Below, one piece after another: positions 50,678 through 59,361 of a DNA stretch of 64,000 bases (positions are counted from its first letter, which is position 1; each line of letters begins with the position of its first letter). Under the pieces are notes generated by a model. The model worked only from the letters and a program-made list of their open reading frames with translations. It had not been told where the DNA came from and did not search any database. Source of the DNA: Methylibium sp. (GTDB taxonomy: Bacteria; Pseudomonadota; Gammaproteobacteria; Burkholderiales; Burkholderiaceae_C); the NCBI GenBank assembly GCA_035476815.1, contig DATILD010000017.1, forward strand, positions 332 to 64,331. The letters are read 5' to 3'. Both the position numbers and the translations under genes were made by a program.

Positions 50678-52924
50678 ATGCTCTTCGGCCGCACGCACCG
50701 CAAGCCGATCAAGATCCCGGTCAAGGCCGTGCACGAGTGGAAGTACACCACTTGCAACTACTGCTCGACCGGCTGCGCGATCGAGATCGGGCTGAACGAT
50801 CAGGGTCGCATCGTCACCAGCCGCGGCCACGCCGGCGCCGACGTCAACCGCGGCAAGCTGTGCATCAAGGGCCTGCTCGAGCACGACCTGTTCGAGTCGC
50901 CCGGCCGCGGCAAGATCCCGCTGATGCGCGACAAGGCGCACCTGCCCTTCCAGCCGGCCAGCTGGGACGGCGCGCTCGACACCGTCGCCGCGAAGATCAA
51001 GGAGATCCAGGCCAAGTACGGCCGCGACTCCTTCGCGGTGGTCTCGACCGGCCAGCTGCTGACCGAAGAGTTCTACACCCTCGGCAAGCTGGTGCGCGGC
51101 CAGATCGGCACCAACAACTACGACGGCAACACGACGCTGTGCATGGCCTCGGCGGTGTCGGGCTACAAGCGCAGCTTCGGCTCCGACGGCCCGCCGGGCT
51201 GCTACGAGGACTTCGAGCACACCCATTGCCTGATGGCCTTCGGCTCGAACCTGCCCGAGCAGCACCCGATCATCTACTGGCGCCTGAAGGAAGCGCTCGA
51301 GAAGCGCAAGTTCCCGCTCATCGTGATCGACCCGCGCGTGACGATGCTGGCGCAGTTCGCCGACATCCACCTGCCGATCACGCCGGGCACCGACACGGTG
51401 CTGATCAACGCGATGATGCACGTGATCCTCAAGGAAGGCCTCGAGGACCGCGAGTACATCGAGCAGCACACCCAGGGCATCGACGCGCTGCGCGCGCTGG
51501 TGGCCGACTACGACCCGAAGATCGCCCAGCACGAGTGCGGCATCGACGAGGACCGCATCCGCCAGGTCGCGCGCCTGTACGCGAAGGCGCCGGCGGCGAT
51601 GAGCATCTGGACCATGGGCATCAACCAATCCACCCACGGCTCGGACGGCGTCGTCAACATCAACAACCTGAACCTGATCACCGGCAACATCGGCAAGCCG
51701 GGCGGCACCAGCCTGTCGATCACCGGCCAGTGCAACGCGATGGGCACGCGCGAGTGGTCGTCCTGCTCGGGCCTGCCGGGCTACCGCCTGCTCGAGAAGG
51801 AGAAGGACCGCAAGCAGGTCGCCGACTTCTGGGGCATCGACGAGAGTTTCTTCCCGGCCAAGCGCGGGCTGGCGCAGACCGACATCTTCCCGGCCATCGA
51901 GACCGGCGAGATCAAGGGCCTGTGGCTGGTCGCGACCAACCCGATGACCTCGATGCCCAACCAGCCGCGCATCCGCAAGGCGATGGAGAACCTCGAGTTC
52001 CTGGTCGTGCAGGACGTCTACGAGGACGTCGAGACCAACAAGTACTCGCATGTCTACCTGCCGGCGGCCGTCTGGGCCGAGAAGGAAGGCTGCCACACCA
52101 ACACCGAGCGCCGAGTGAATCTCACGCGCAACGTCATCCGGCCCTTCGCCGATTCGAAGTCCGACTTCTGGATCTTCAACGAGATGGCCAAGCGCTTCAC
52201 CGACCGCAACGCCATCCACTACCCCGAGACGCCCGAGGGCGCGTTCGAGGAGATGAAGCAGCTGTCGGTCGGCGCCGGCCGCACGCTCGACATCTCGGGC
52301 ATGAGCTACGACCGCATCGAGGCGGCGCGCGGCATCCAGTGGCCCTACACCGCCGAGCAGGCGGCGGCCGACGAGGCGCGCCTGGGCGTGCCCGGCGCCT
52401 TCGACATGCAAAAGCGCGTCGACCTGAAGGGCCACCAGCGCCTCTACGCCGACGGCCACTTCCAGACCGACAACGGCCGCGCGCACCTGATCCCGGTGCG
52501 CTTCGTCAACAACAACGAGTGCCCGGACGCCGAGTACCCGTTCTGGTTCAACTCGGGCCGCGTCGTCGAGCATTTCCACACCCGCACCCGCACCGGCAAG
52601 ATCGGCAACCTGAACAAGTTCAGCCCGACGCCCTACATGGAGATGAACCCGGACGCGGCCGACGAGCTCGGCGTCGAGCACCAGAGCTATGTGCGCGTCG
52701 TCAGCCGCCGCGGCGACGCGATCGTGATGGTGCAGCTGACCCACCGCGTGCCGCGCAACATGGTGTTCGTGCCCTTCCACTACCACGACTGCGTCAACCG
52801 CATCTCGCTCGGCCTGCTCGACCCTTACTCCCGCCAGCCGGCCTTCAAGCAATGCGCCGCGCGCATCGAGAAGGTCGACCAGCAGGAAGCCGCGCGCCTG
52901 AACATGGAACGCCGCGCGTTCTGA
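50678..52924 (+). CDS. nasA: Mo-bis-PGD nitrate reductase catalytic subunit (NasA/NarB-like, cytoplasmic, no C-terminal BFD domains)
   Basis: CNYCSTGC..GKLCIKG FS0 cluster, GQLLTEE.Y, LCMASA Mo-Cys, GQCNAMGTRE, TNTERR, HTRTRTG, DPYSRQPAFK; no twin-arginine leader. Confidence 0.85.
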   Translation: MLFGRTHRKPIKIPVKAVHEWKYTTCNYCSTGCAIEIGLNDQGRIVTSRGHAGADVNRGKLCIKGLLEHDLFESPGRGKIPLMRDKAHLPFQPASWDGALDTVAAKIKEIQAKYGRDSFAVVSTGQLLTEEFYTLGKLVRGQIGTNNYDGNTTLCMASAVSGYKRSFGSDGPPGCYEDFEHTHCLMAFGSNLPEQHPIIYWRLKEALEKRKFPLIVIDPRVTMLAQFADIHLPITPGTDTVLINAMMHVILKEGLEDREYIEQHTQGIDALRALVADYDPKIAQHECGIDEDRIRQVARLYAKAPAAMSIWTMGINQSTHGSDGVVNINNLNLITGNIGKPGGTSLSITGQCNAMGTREWSSCSGLPGYRLLEKEKDRKQVADFWGIDESFFPAKRGLAQTDIFPAIETGEIKGLWLVATNPMTSMPNQPRIRKAMENLEFLVVQDVYEDVETNKYSHVYLPAAVWAEKEGCHTNTERRVNLTRNVIRPFADSKSDFWIFNEMAKRFTDRNAIHYPETPEGAFEEMKQLSVGAGRTLDISGMSYDRIEAARGIQWPYTAEQAAADEARLGVPGAFDMQKRVDLKGHQRLYADGHFQTDNGRAHLIPVRFVNNNECPDAEYPFWFNSGRVVEHFHTRTRTGKIGNLNKFSPTPYMEMNPDAADELGVEHQSYVRVVSRRGDAIVMVQLTHRVPRNMVFVPFHYHDCVNRISLGLLDPYSRQPAFKQCAARIEKVDQQEAARLNMERRAF

Positions 52925-52940
52925 CCCCGAGGCCCAAGCG

Positions 52941-54914
52941 ATGCTGAACATCTCCGTCAACCCGCGCACCGGCGAAGCCTCGGTGACGCCGCTGCCGCGC
53001 CCGGCGCCCGTGCCGCTCGACGAGCGGGCGCTGTGGGAAATGCGCACCGAGGAGCGCGACTACGCCTACCTGCCCGAGGTCGAGCTGCCGGACGTCAACC
53101 GCTACGGCCAGAAGATCGACCTGGTCGAGCACACCGGCGGCCAGGGACCGATGCAGGGGCCGGGCCGCTCGATGTACATCAACGAGAACCCGCAGGTCGG
53201 CCCGAACCCGAACCGCAACAAGCAGCACGGCTTCTACTTCACCGCCGACAACTGCATCGGCTGCCATGCCTGCGAGGCCGCGTGCAGCGAGAAGAACGAG
53301 AACCCGCCGCACCTGGCGTTCCGCTCGGTCGGCTATGTCGAGGGCGGCAGCTACCCCGACTACAAGCGCATGAACATCTCGATGGCCTGCAACCATTGCG
53401 ATGACCCGGTGTGCCTGCGCGGCTGCCCGACCAAGGCCTACACCAAGCACACCGAGTACGGCGCGGTGCTGCAGGACCCGGACACCTGCTTCGGCTGCGG
53501 CTACTGCACCTGGGTGTGCCCCTACAACGCGCCGCAGCTCGACCCGGTCAAGGGCCAGGTCAGCAAGTGCAATATGTGCGTGGACCGCCTCGAGGTCGGC
53601 CTCAAGCCCGCCTGCGTCGCGGCTTGCGTGGGCAATGCGCTGGACTTCGGCGTCATCGAGACGGTGCCGAAGGGCCGCGAGCAGGCGCGCGCCGAGATCC
53701 CCGGCTTCCCCTCGCCCGAGATCACGCACCCGAACATCCGCTTCCAGCAGATCAAGGAGCTGCCCGACGAGATGAAGCGCACCGACTCGATGCCGGTCAA
53801 GTACCACAAGGACGAGCGGGGCCGCTACCGCCCGGCGATCGACCAGAAGGCGGGCAAGCAAGCGCACTGGAACCTCGCGCGCCTGTCCTCGCGCGAGAAC
53901 CCGCTGGTGCTGTTCACGCTGGCCGCGCAGGCCGCGATCGGCGCGTTCACGCTGCAGTTCCTGGCCGGCGGGGCCGGCCTGCCGGGCTTCGCCGACTTCG
54001 CCACCTCGCCGATGTACCTGGTGCTGGCGGTGGTCGAGTTCATGCTGGTGGCCTTCGGTCTCTTCATGTCGACGATGCACCTGGGCAAGCCGCACCGCTT
54101 CTACCGCGGCTTCAACAACCTGCGCTACTCGCCGGTGTCGCGCGAAGGGCTGGGCATCGCCCTCTTCATCGCCGGGCTCGGCGGCCACATCGTGCTGAGC
54201 CTGCCGGCCCAACCCTGGGTGCAGGGCCTGGTCGGCGGCCTGCCGCCGCCGCTGCTCGCGCTCGCGGCCTTCGGCGCGCGCGCGGCCGGCCTGCTCGGCA
54301 TCGTCGCCGGCGCGGTGGGGCTGTACTACATGACGCGCTGCTACCGCATCAAGGCGCGGCCGTTCTGGGACCACTGGCAGGTCGCGACCGCCTTCGGCGG
54401 CAGCGCGCTGTCGCTCGGCAGCCTCCTCGCCGCGGCGGCGCTGCTGCCGACGCTGCTGCTCGCCGGCCTGCCGCATGCCGACGCCGCGCTGGTCTGCGCC
54501 GTGCTGCTGGCGCTGGGCCTGGCGGTCGAGGGCCTCGGCCACATCGGCCATGCTCGCGACCTGGGCCGCGCCGAGCACGAAGGCGGTGCGTCCTACTACG
54601 TGCAGACCACCACCTTCGGCAAGACCTACCGGCTGCGCAACGTGCTGCTCGGCGCCAACCTGCTGCTGGTGGCAAGCGTCGTCGCGGCGCTGGCGACCGG
54701 CCATGCCGGACCCTGGGTGCTGGTCAACCTGGTGCTCGCCGGTGCGCTGCTGCTGGCGACCAGCCTGATCGGCCGCGCGCTCTTCTACGTGCTGGTGATC
54801 CCGACCACGATGCCGGGTGCCTTCTTCTGGAAGAACAAGGGCTTCGAGGACCATGCGCGCGCGATCGGCCTGGCGCACCTGCCGCAGGTCGGCGTCGCGC
54901 CGCTGCGCCACTGA
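52941..54914 (+). CDS. Fused four-cluster Fe-S protein (DmsB-like) + DmsC/YnfH membrane anchor
   Basis: CIGCHACEAAC, CNHCDDPVCLRGCP, CFGCGYCTWVCP, KCNMC..ACVAAC; then E.PLVLFTL..Q, STMHLGKPHRF, SPVSRE, GRALFY with about 8 TM helices. Confidence 0.88.
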   Translation: MLNISVNPRTGEASVTPLPRPAPVPLDERALWEMRTEERDYAYLPEVELPDVNRYGQKIDLVEHTGGQGPMQGPGRSMYINENPQVGPNPNRNKQHGFYFTADNCIGCHACEAACSEKNENPPHLAFRSVGYVEGGSYPDYKRMNISMACNHCDDPVCLRGCPTKAYTKHTEYGAVLQDPDTCFGCGYCTWVCPYNAPQLDPVKGQVSKCNMCVDRLEVGLKPACVAACVGNALDFGVIETVPKGREQARAEIPGFPSPEITHPNIRFQQIKELPDEMKRTDSMPVKYHKDERGRYRPAIDQKAGKQAHWNLARLSSRENPLVLFTLAAQAAIGAFTLQFLAGGAGLPGFADFATSPMYLVLAVVEFMLVAFGLFMSTMHLGKPHRFYRGFNNLRYSPVSREGLGIALFIAGLGGHIVLSLPAQPWVQGLVGGLPPPLLALAAFGARAAGLLGIVAGAVGLYYMTRCYRIKARPFWDHWQVATAFGGSALSLGSLLAAAALLPTLLLAGLPHADAALVCAVLLALGLAVEGLGHIGHARDLGRAEHEGGASYYVQTTTFGKTYRLRNVLLGANLLLVASVVAALATGHAGPWVLVNLVLAGALLLATSLIGRALFYVLVIPTTMPGAFFWKNKGFEDHARAIGLAHLPQVGVAPLRH

Positions 54915-54958
54915 AGCCGACACCCTGTAGCAGTTGACAGGGCGGCACCCCGGACCTC

Positions 54959-54974
54959 TGGCCTGAGACTTGCG
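54959..54974 (+). promoter_or_regulatory. Putative sigma54 promoter of ybiB-cobA
   Basis: TGGCCTGAGACTTGCG: GG-N10-GC. Predicted +1 falls at about the ybiB ATG. Confidence 0.55.
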
Positions 54975-54985
54975 AAACTGCGGGC

Positions 54986-55942
54986 ATGGGCATCGCGCAA
55001 TACCTGAAGGAAATCGGCCGCGGCAAGGAAGGCGCGCGTTCGCTGAACGACGCCCAGGCCGAGGACCTGATGGGCCAGGTGCTCGACCGCCAGGTCAGCG
55101 AGGCCGAGCGCGGCGCGTTCGCGATCGCGATGCGCATCAAGGGCGAGAGCACCGAGGAACTGGCCGGCTTCACCGCCGCCGCGGCGGCGCGCAGCGTCGC
55201 GCTCGACGCCACCGTCCTGCCGGTGCTGCTGCCCTCGTACAACGGCGCGCGCAAGCTGCCCAACCTGACCGCCCTGCTCGCGCTGCTGCTGGCGCAGGAG
55301 GGCGTGCCGGTGCTGGTGCACGGCCCCGAGCGCGACCCGGGCCGCGTCACCACGCACGAACTGTTCGGCGCACTCGGCCTGCCGGTCGCGCGTGACGCCG
55401 ACGACGTGCACGCCGCCTGGCGCCGCCACGAGCCGGTGTTCATGCCCACCGCGGTGCTGTGCCCGCCGCTGATGGCGCTGCTCGACCTGCGCTGGACGCT
55501 CGGGCTGCGCAACCCGGCGCACACCGTCGCCAAGCTGCTGCTGCCGCGCGACACGCCCTGCCTGCGCGTCGTCAACTACACCCATCCCGAGTACGGCAGC
55601 GCGCACACCCGCTTCCTGCAGCATAGCCGCGCGCATGCGCTGCTGCTGCGCGGCACCGAGGGCGAGCCGGTGGCCGACCCGCGCCGGCGGCCGCTGCTCG
55701 AGGTCTTCATCGACGGCGTGCCGCGCCCCGACCTCGGCCGCGCGCCGCAGGAGGGCGTGCTGACCGAGCTGCCGCTGCTGCCGCGGCAATGCGACGCGGC
55801 CAGCACCGCGATGTACATCCAGTCGGCCGTCAGCGGCGAGCAGCCGGTGCCCGCGGCGCTGCTCGAGCAGGTCGAGGTGCTGGTGCGCGCGCGCACCGCG
55901 CTGCAACAGTTCCAGCAGAGGCAACATGAACGTTCGGCCTGA
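54986..55942 (+). CDS. ybiB: YbiB / TrpD2 family nucleic-acid-binding protein
   Basis: KEIGRGKEGARSL, MRIKGE, LPSYNGARKLPNLT.LLA, GLRNPAHT, RGTEGE. Confidence 0.9.
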   Translation: MGIAQYLKEIGRGKEGARSLNDAQAEDLMGQVLDRQVSEAERGAFAIAMRIKGESTEELAGFTAAAAARSVALDATVLPVLLPSYNGARKLPNLTALLALLLAQEGVPVLVHGPERDPGRVTTHELFGALGLPVARDADDVHAAWRRHEPVFMPTAVLCPPLMALLDLRWTLGLRNPAHTVAKLLLPRDTPCLRVVNYTHPEYGSAHTRFLQHSRAHALLLRGTEGEPVADPRRRPLLEVFIDGVPRPDLGRAPQEGVLTELPLLPRQCDAASTAMYIQSAVSGEQPVPAALLEQVEVLVRARTALQQFQQRQHERSA

Positions 55943-56834
55943 CGACCACCCCCGTTGCGGCTTCGCCGCTCCCCCTCAAGGGGGCGACGCCAGTGGACCG
56001 GCGAAGCCGGATCCACGGCGTCCGCTGGGATGGCCCGGTCCAGTCGACGCGCGCAGCGTTGGCGCAACCGATAAGCGGATGGCGCCGAAGGCCTGGCTCG
56101 TCGGCGCCGGCCCCGGCGATCCGGAGCTGCTGACGCTGAAGGCGGTGCGCGCGATCCGCGGCGCGACCGTGCTGCTGGTCGACGACCTGGTGGGCGACGG
56201 TGTGCTGAAGTACGCGCGCAAGTCGGCGCGCATCGTCCACGTCGGCAAGCGCGGCGGCTGCAAGAGCACCCCGCAGGCCTTCATCGAACAGCTGATGCTG
56301 CGCGAGGCGCTGGCCGGCGAGCGCGTCGTGCGGCTCAAGGGCGGTGATCCCTTCGTGTTCGGCCGCGGCGGCGAGGAGGCCGAGACGCTGCGCGCGCAGG
56401 GGGTCGAGGTCGAGATCGTCAACGGCATCACCGCCGGCCTGGCCGCGGCCACCGCCCTCGGCGCGCCGCTGACGCACCGCGAGCATGCCCATGGCGTGAT
56501 GTTCGTGACCGGCCATGCGAAGGAAGATGGTCCCGCGCTCGACTGGGGCGTGCTCGGCGCCGCGGCGGCGCAGGGCCTGACGCTGGTGGTCTACATGGGC
56601 GTCGCGCAGGCCGCGACGCTGCAGGCCGGGCTGAAGCGCGCCCTGCCCGGGACCACGCCGCTGGCGATCGTGCAGTCGGCCAGCCGACCCGAACAGCGCC
56701 ACGCGGTGACGACGCTCGATGGTCTTCTGGACACCCTGGCGCGCGAGCGCCTCGGCAGCCCGTCGGTGCTGATCGTCGGCGAGGTGCTGCGCGGGCTGTC
56801 AGCGCTCGACGTGCGCGAGCGGGCGGCGGCCTGA
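55926..56834 (+). CDS. cobA: Uroporphyrinogen-III C-methyltransferase (siroheme synthesis); start may instead be ATG 56079
   Basis: LVGAGPGDPELLTLKA, VGKRGG, RLKGGDPFVFGRGGEE, LTHR, VYMG. Confidence 0.9.
   Translation: MNVRPDDHPRCGFAAPPQGGDASGPAKPDPRRPLGWPGPVDARSVGATDKRMAPKAWLVGAGPGDPELLTLKAVRAIRGATVLLVDDLVGDGVLKYARKSARIVHVGKRGGCKSTPQAFIEQLMLREALAGERVVRLKGGDPFVFGRGGEEAETLRAQGVEVEIVNGITAGLAAATALGAPLTHREHAHGVMFVTGHAKEDGPALDWGVLGAAAAQGLTLVVYMGVAQAATLQAGLKRALPGTTPLAIVQSASRPEQRHAVTTLDGLLDTLARERLGSPSVLIVGEVLRGLSALDVRERAAA
55947..56022. repeat. Multi-hairpin palindromic element at or within the cobA 5' end
   Basis: CACCCCC, GCGG-CTTCG-CCGC, CCCCC-TCAA-GGGGG and GACGCC.GTGGA.CCGGC-GAA-GCCGG.TCCAC.GGCGTC; same layout as the 42020 element. 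Confidence 0.65.
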
Positions 56835-56859
56835 GCCCGGCCGGGATAATCCCGGCCCA

Positions 56860-58095
56860 ATGTCCTCTCCCGAGCGTTTCGATGTCGTCGTGATCGGTGC
56901 CGGCGCCGCCGGCCTGTTCTGCGCCGGCATCGCCGGCCAGCGCGGTCTGAAGGTGCTGCTGCTCGACCATGCCGAAAAACTGGCCGAGAAGATCCGCATC
57001 TCCGGCGGCGGCCGCTGCAACTTCACCAACCGCGACGCCGGGCCGGCGAACTTCCTGTCCGAGAACCCGGCCTTCTGCCGCTCGGCGCTGGCGCGCTACA
57101 CGCCGCGCGACTTCATCGACCTGGTGCAGCGCCACCGCATCGCCTGGCACGAGAAGCACAAGGGCCAGCTGTTCTGCGACGACAGCAGCGACGAGATCAT
57201 CGCGATGCTGCTGCGCGAATGCGAGGCGGGTGGCGTGACCCGCCGGCAGCCCTGCCGCGTCGCGGCGCTGCGCCAGGCCGATGGCGGCTTCGAGCTCGAC
57301 ACCGAGGCCGGCCCGCTGCGGGCCACGCGCGTCGTCGTCGCCACCGGCGGGCTGTCGATCCCCAAGATCGGCGCCAGCGACTTCGGCTATCGGCTGGCGC
57401 GCCAGTTCGGCCACCGCATCGTCGAGCCGCGCCCGGCGCTGGTGCCACTGAGCTTCGACGCCGCGGCCTGGGCGCCATTCGCCGCGCTGTCGGGCCTGTC
57501 GCTCGAGGTCGGCATCGAGACCGGCGCCGGCAAGTCGCGCGGGCAGTTCATCGAGGACCTGCTGTTCACCCACCGCGGCCTCAGCGGCCCGGCGGTGCTG
57601 CAGATCTCGAGCTACTGGCAGTCGGGCGAGCCCCTCACGCTCGACCTGGCACCCGGGCAAGACCTCGCCGCGGCACTGCGCGAGGCCAAGGCGGTGTCGA
57701 AGCGCCAGCTCGGCAACGAGCTCGCCACCCACCTGCCGGCCCGGCTCGCCGAGGCCTGGAGCACCCCGCTGGGCATCCTGGCCGCCCGGCCACTGCCCGA
57801 GGTCAAGGACAAGGACCTCGCCGCGCTCGCGGCCTCGCTGCAGGCCTGGCAGCTGACGCCGACCGGCACCGAAGGCTGGCGCAAGGCCGAGGTGACCGCC
57901 GGCGGCGTCGACACCCGCGAGCTGAGCTCGCAGACGCTTGAAAGCCGCCGCGTGAGCGGCCTGCACTTCATCGGCGAGGTGGTCGACGTGACCGGCTGGC
58001 TCGGCGGTTACAACTTCCAGTGGGCCTGGGCCAGCGCCCATGCCTGCGCGCGGGCCTGCGCCGCCTCGGCGCGTCCCGCCGAGGCGGCCCACTGA
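56860..58095 (+). CDS. HI0933/BaiN/YhiN family flavoprotein
   Basis: IGAGAAG, KIRISGGGRCNFTN, ATGGLSIP, LFTHRGLSGP, AEVTAGGV, GGYNFQWA. Confidence 0.92.
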   Translation: MSSPERFDVVVIGAGAAGLFCAGIAGQRGLKVLLLDHAEKLAEKIRISGGGRCNFTNRDAGPANFLSENPAFCRSALARYTPRDFIDLVQRHRIAWHEKHKGQLFCDDSSDEIIAMLLRECEAGGVTRRQPCRVAALRQADGGFELDTEAGPLRATRVVVATGGLSIPKIGASDFGYRLARQFGHRIVEPRPALVPLSFDAAAWAPFAALSGLSLEVGIETGAGKSRGQFIEDLLFTHRGLSGPAVLQISSYWQSGEPLTLDLAPGQDLAAALREAKAVSKRQLGNELATHLPARLAEAWSTPLGILAARPLPEVKDKDLAALAASLQAWQLTPTGTEGWRKAEVTAGGVDTRELSSQTLESRRVSGLHFIGEVVDVTGWLGGYNFQWAWASAHACARACAASARPAEAAH

Positions 58096-58229
58096 GGGCC
58101 GGCTGGCGCGCCGGCGGACTCTGTCTATAATCGCGGTCTTTGCTGGCAAACCACGCCTCGAGCGGCCGACCGGCCATCCGGAAAGGCCCCGGCCGCCACC
58201 GAGCGCGTACCTCTAGGATTCACCGCTAC

Positions 58230-58442
58230 ATGACCACCATCCGCGTCAAAGAGAACGAGCCCTTCGATGTGGCTCTCCGCCGCTTCAAGCGCACCATCGA
58301 AAAGCTCGGCCTCCTGACCGACCTGCGTGCCCGCGAGTTCTACGAAAAGCCCACCGCCGAGCGCAAGCGCAAGAAGGCCGCGGCCGTGAAGCGCCACTTC
58401 AAGCGCGTTCGCAGCATGCAGCTGCCGAAGAAGCTGTACTGA
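58230..58442 (+). CDS. rpsU: 30S ribosomal protein S21
   Basis: [21 protein letters not shown]...[14 protein letters not shown]; TATAAT promoter at 58126. Confidence 0.97.
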   Translation: MTTIRVKENEPFDVALRRFKRTIEKLGLLTDLRAREFYEKPTAERKRKKAAAVKRHFKRVRSMQLPKKLY

Positions 58443-58512
58443 CCACCGCCTCGCGGCGTCGACCAGCCCGCCCGGGGACGCCCGCGCGGGCTTGTTCATT
58501 TCTGGAGTGACC

Positions 58513-58959
58513 ATGAGCCTGAAAGACCGCATCACCGAAGACATGAAGGCCGCGATGCGCGCCAAGGACGCCGATCGCCTGCTGACGATCCGCGGGCTGC
58601 TGGCCGCCTGCAAGCAGAAGGAAGTCGACGAGCGCGTGACGCTCGACGACGCGATGGTCGTGGCGATCGTCGACAAGCTGATCAAGCAGCGCAAGGACTC
58701 GATCTCTCAATTCGGCGTCGCCGGCCGCCAGGACCTGGTGGACAAGGAGAGCGCCGAACTGAAGGTGCTCGAGGCCTACCTACCGGCTCGGCTGAGCGCC
58801 GACGAGGTGACGGCCGCGGTGGCGGCGCTGGTCGCCGAACTCGGCGCCACGGGTCCGGCCGACATGGGCAAGGTCATGGGCGCGGCCAAGCAGCGCTTCG
58901 CCGGCAACGCCGACATGGGCCTGGTGTCGGCCGCGGTCAAGCAGGCGCTGACGAAGTAA
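58513..58959 (+). CDS. yqeY: GatB/YqeY domain protein
   Basis: LKDRITEDMKAAMRAKD, KQRKDSI.QF..GRQDL, YLP, DMGKVMG. Confidence 0.92.
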   Translation: MSLKDRITEDMKAAMRAKDADRLLTIRGLLAACKQKEVDERVTLDDAMVVAIVDKLIKQRKDSISQFGVAGRQDLVDKESAELKVLEAYLPARLSADEVTAAVAALVAELGATGPADMGKVMGAAKQRFAGNADMGLVSAAVKQALTK

Positions 58960-58988
58960 GCTCACGCAGCAGCACCGAAGGAGACACG

Positions 58989-59336
58989 ATGGACCTGCCC
59001 GCTTCGCGCCTGAACGACGAGATCGCCGTCGCCCCGCAGCTAGGCCCCGACGCGATGGCCGCCGCGGCCGCGGCCGGCTACCGCAGCGTCATCAACAACC
59101 GCCCGGACTTCGAGGGCGGTCCGGAGCAGCCGACCAACGCGGCGATGGAGGCTGCGGCCCGTGCGGCCGGCCTCGAATACGTCTTCCTGCCGGTCGCCAG
59201 CGCCTTCCAGACGCCGGAGCAGGCGCAGGCGATGGCCGACGCGCTCGAGCGGCTGCCCAAGCCGGTGCTGGCCTTCTGCCGCAGCGGCGCACGCAGCGGC
59301 CGCCTGTACCAGATGGCCTGCGCACTGCGCGGCTGA
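58989..59336 (+). CDS. TIGR01244 / DUF442 sulfurtransferase or phosphatase-like protein
   Basis: SVINNRPDFE, PVLAFCRSGARS (CX5R). Confidence 0.88.
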   Translation: MDLPASRLNDEIAVAPQLGPDAMAAAAAAGYRSVINNRPDFEGGPEQPTNAAMEAAARAAGLEYVFLPVASAFQTPEQAQAMADALERLPKPVLAFCRSGARSGRLYQMACALRG

Positions 59337-59361
59337 CCCCCCGGTCCCGCGGCGGCGGCGC

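Noticed and set aside
50678-54914. Periplasmic DMSO reductase, Nap or formate dehydrogenase
   Set aside because: No Tat leader and no napBCD or dmsD. The Mo ligand motif is LCMASA (nitrate-reductase type) rather than Ser (DmsA) or CH (Fdh).
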